Shown here: piece by piece, positions 33,169 through 33,269 of the stretch | Numbering within the stretch: position 1 is the first letter of the stretch | Layout: each line of letters starts with the position of its first letter | Source: a virus | Taxonomy: Duplodnaviria > Caudoviricetes | Length of the DNA: 33,269 nt | IMG/VR virus record: IMGVR_UViG_3300032305_002820 | Span: 1 to 33,269 of that record | Reading direction: 5' to 3' (one strand) | Translations under genes and position numbers: made by a program | The notes under the pieces: model-generated | What the model was told of the DNA's origin: nothing | The model's input: only the letters and a program-made list of their open reading frames with translations | Database searches by the model: none

Positions 33169-33269
33169 TATGGCGCACTTTAGAATTTTACCCCCGAGTT
33201 TTTGGACACAAAACTCAATCAACAGCATGAAATCAGAGAACAAGCTAGTTTTAAGCTGCTTGCTAACTT
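33147..33269. repeat. Terminal direct repeat (right copy); circular assembly overlap
   Basis: Identical to 1-123. Confidence 0.97.

Noticed and set aside
33147-33269. 123-bp terminal repeat as a biological T7-like DTR
   Set aside because: It cuts through coding sequence and the junction simply restores a coupled gene pair, so it is best explained as assembler overlap of a circular or permuted genome.

Overview
The window is a complete, circularly assembled genome of about 33,146 bp; bases 1-123 are repeated exactly at 33147-33269. It is an AT-rich, short-tailed (podovirus-like) temperate phage that appears to persist as a plasmid, i.e. a phage-plasmid. The host is probably a low-GC alphaproteobacterium, but that is inference. 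No integrase, resolvase or protelomerase is visible. Instead it carries a ParA/ParF-type ATPase flanked by two ribbon-helix-helix genes, two different replication-initiator genes each with its own origin-like repeats, and a dif-like XerCD site. The + strand carries replication, partition and bet/exo recombination genes. The - strand carries one long late operon: Q-like regulator, terS, terL, portal, scaffold, capsid, head-tail proteins, three ejection proteins, tail fibre and lysis genes with overlapping spanins. There are two restriction-modification loci: an intact BcgI-like (Type IIB/IIG) system with a half-size specificity subunit, and an inserted MTase with a CTG start followed by a frameshifted endonuclease. 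The most striking signal is a tandem pair of NrdR-box matches (32-bp period) over the promoter of the late regulator. That regulator sits directly above a lambda pR'-like promoter/pause/terminator unit, suggesting late gene expression is tied to the host dNTP sensor NrdR. All product calls come from motif recognition by eye; no database searches were run.
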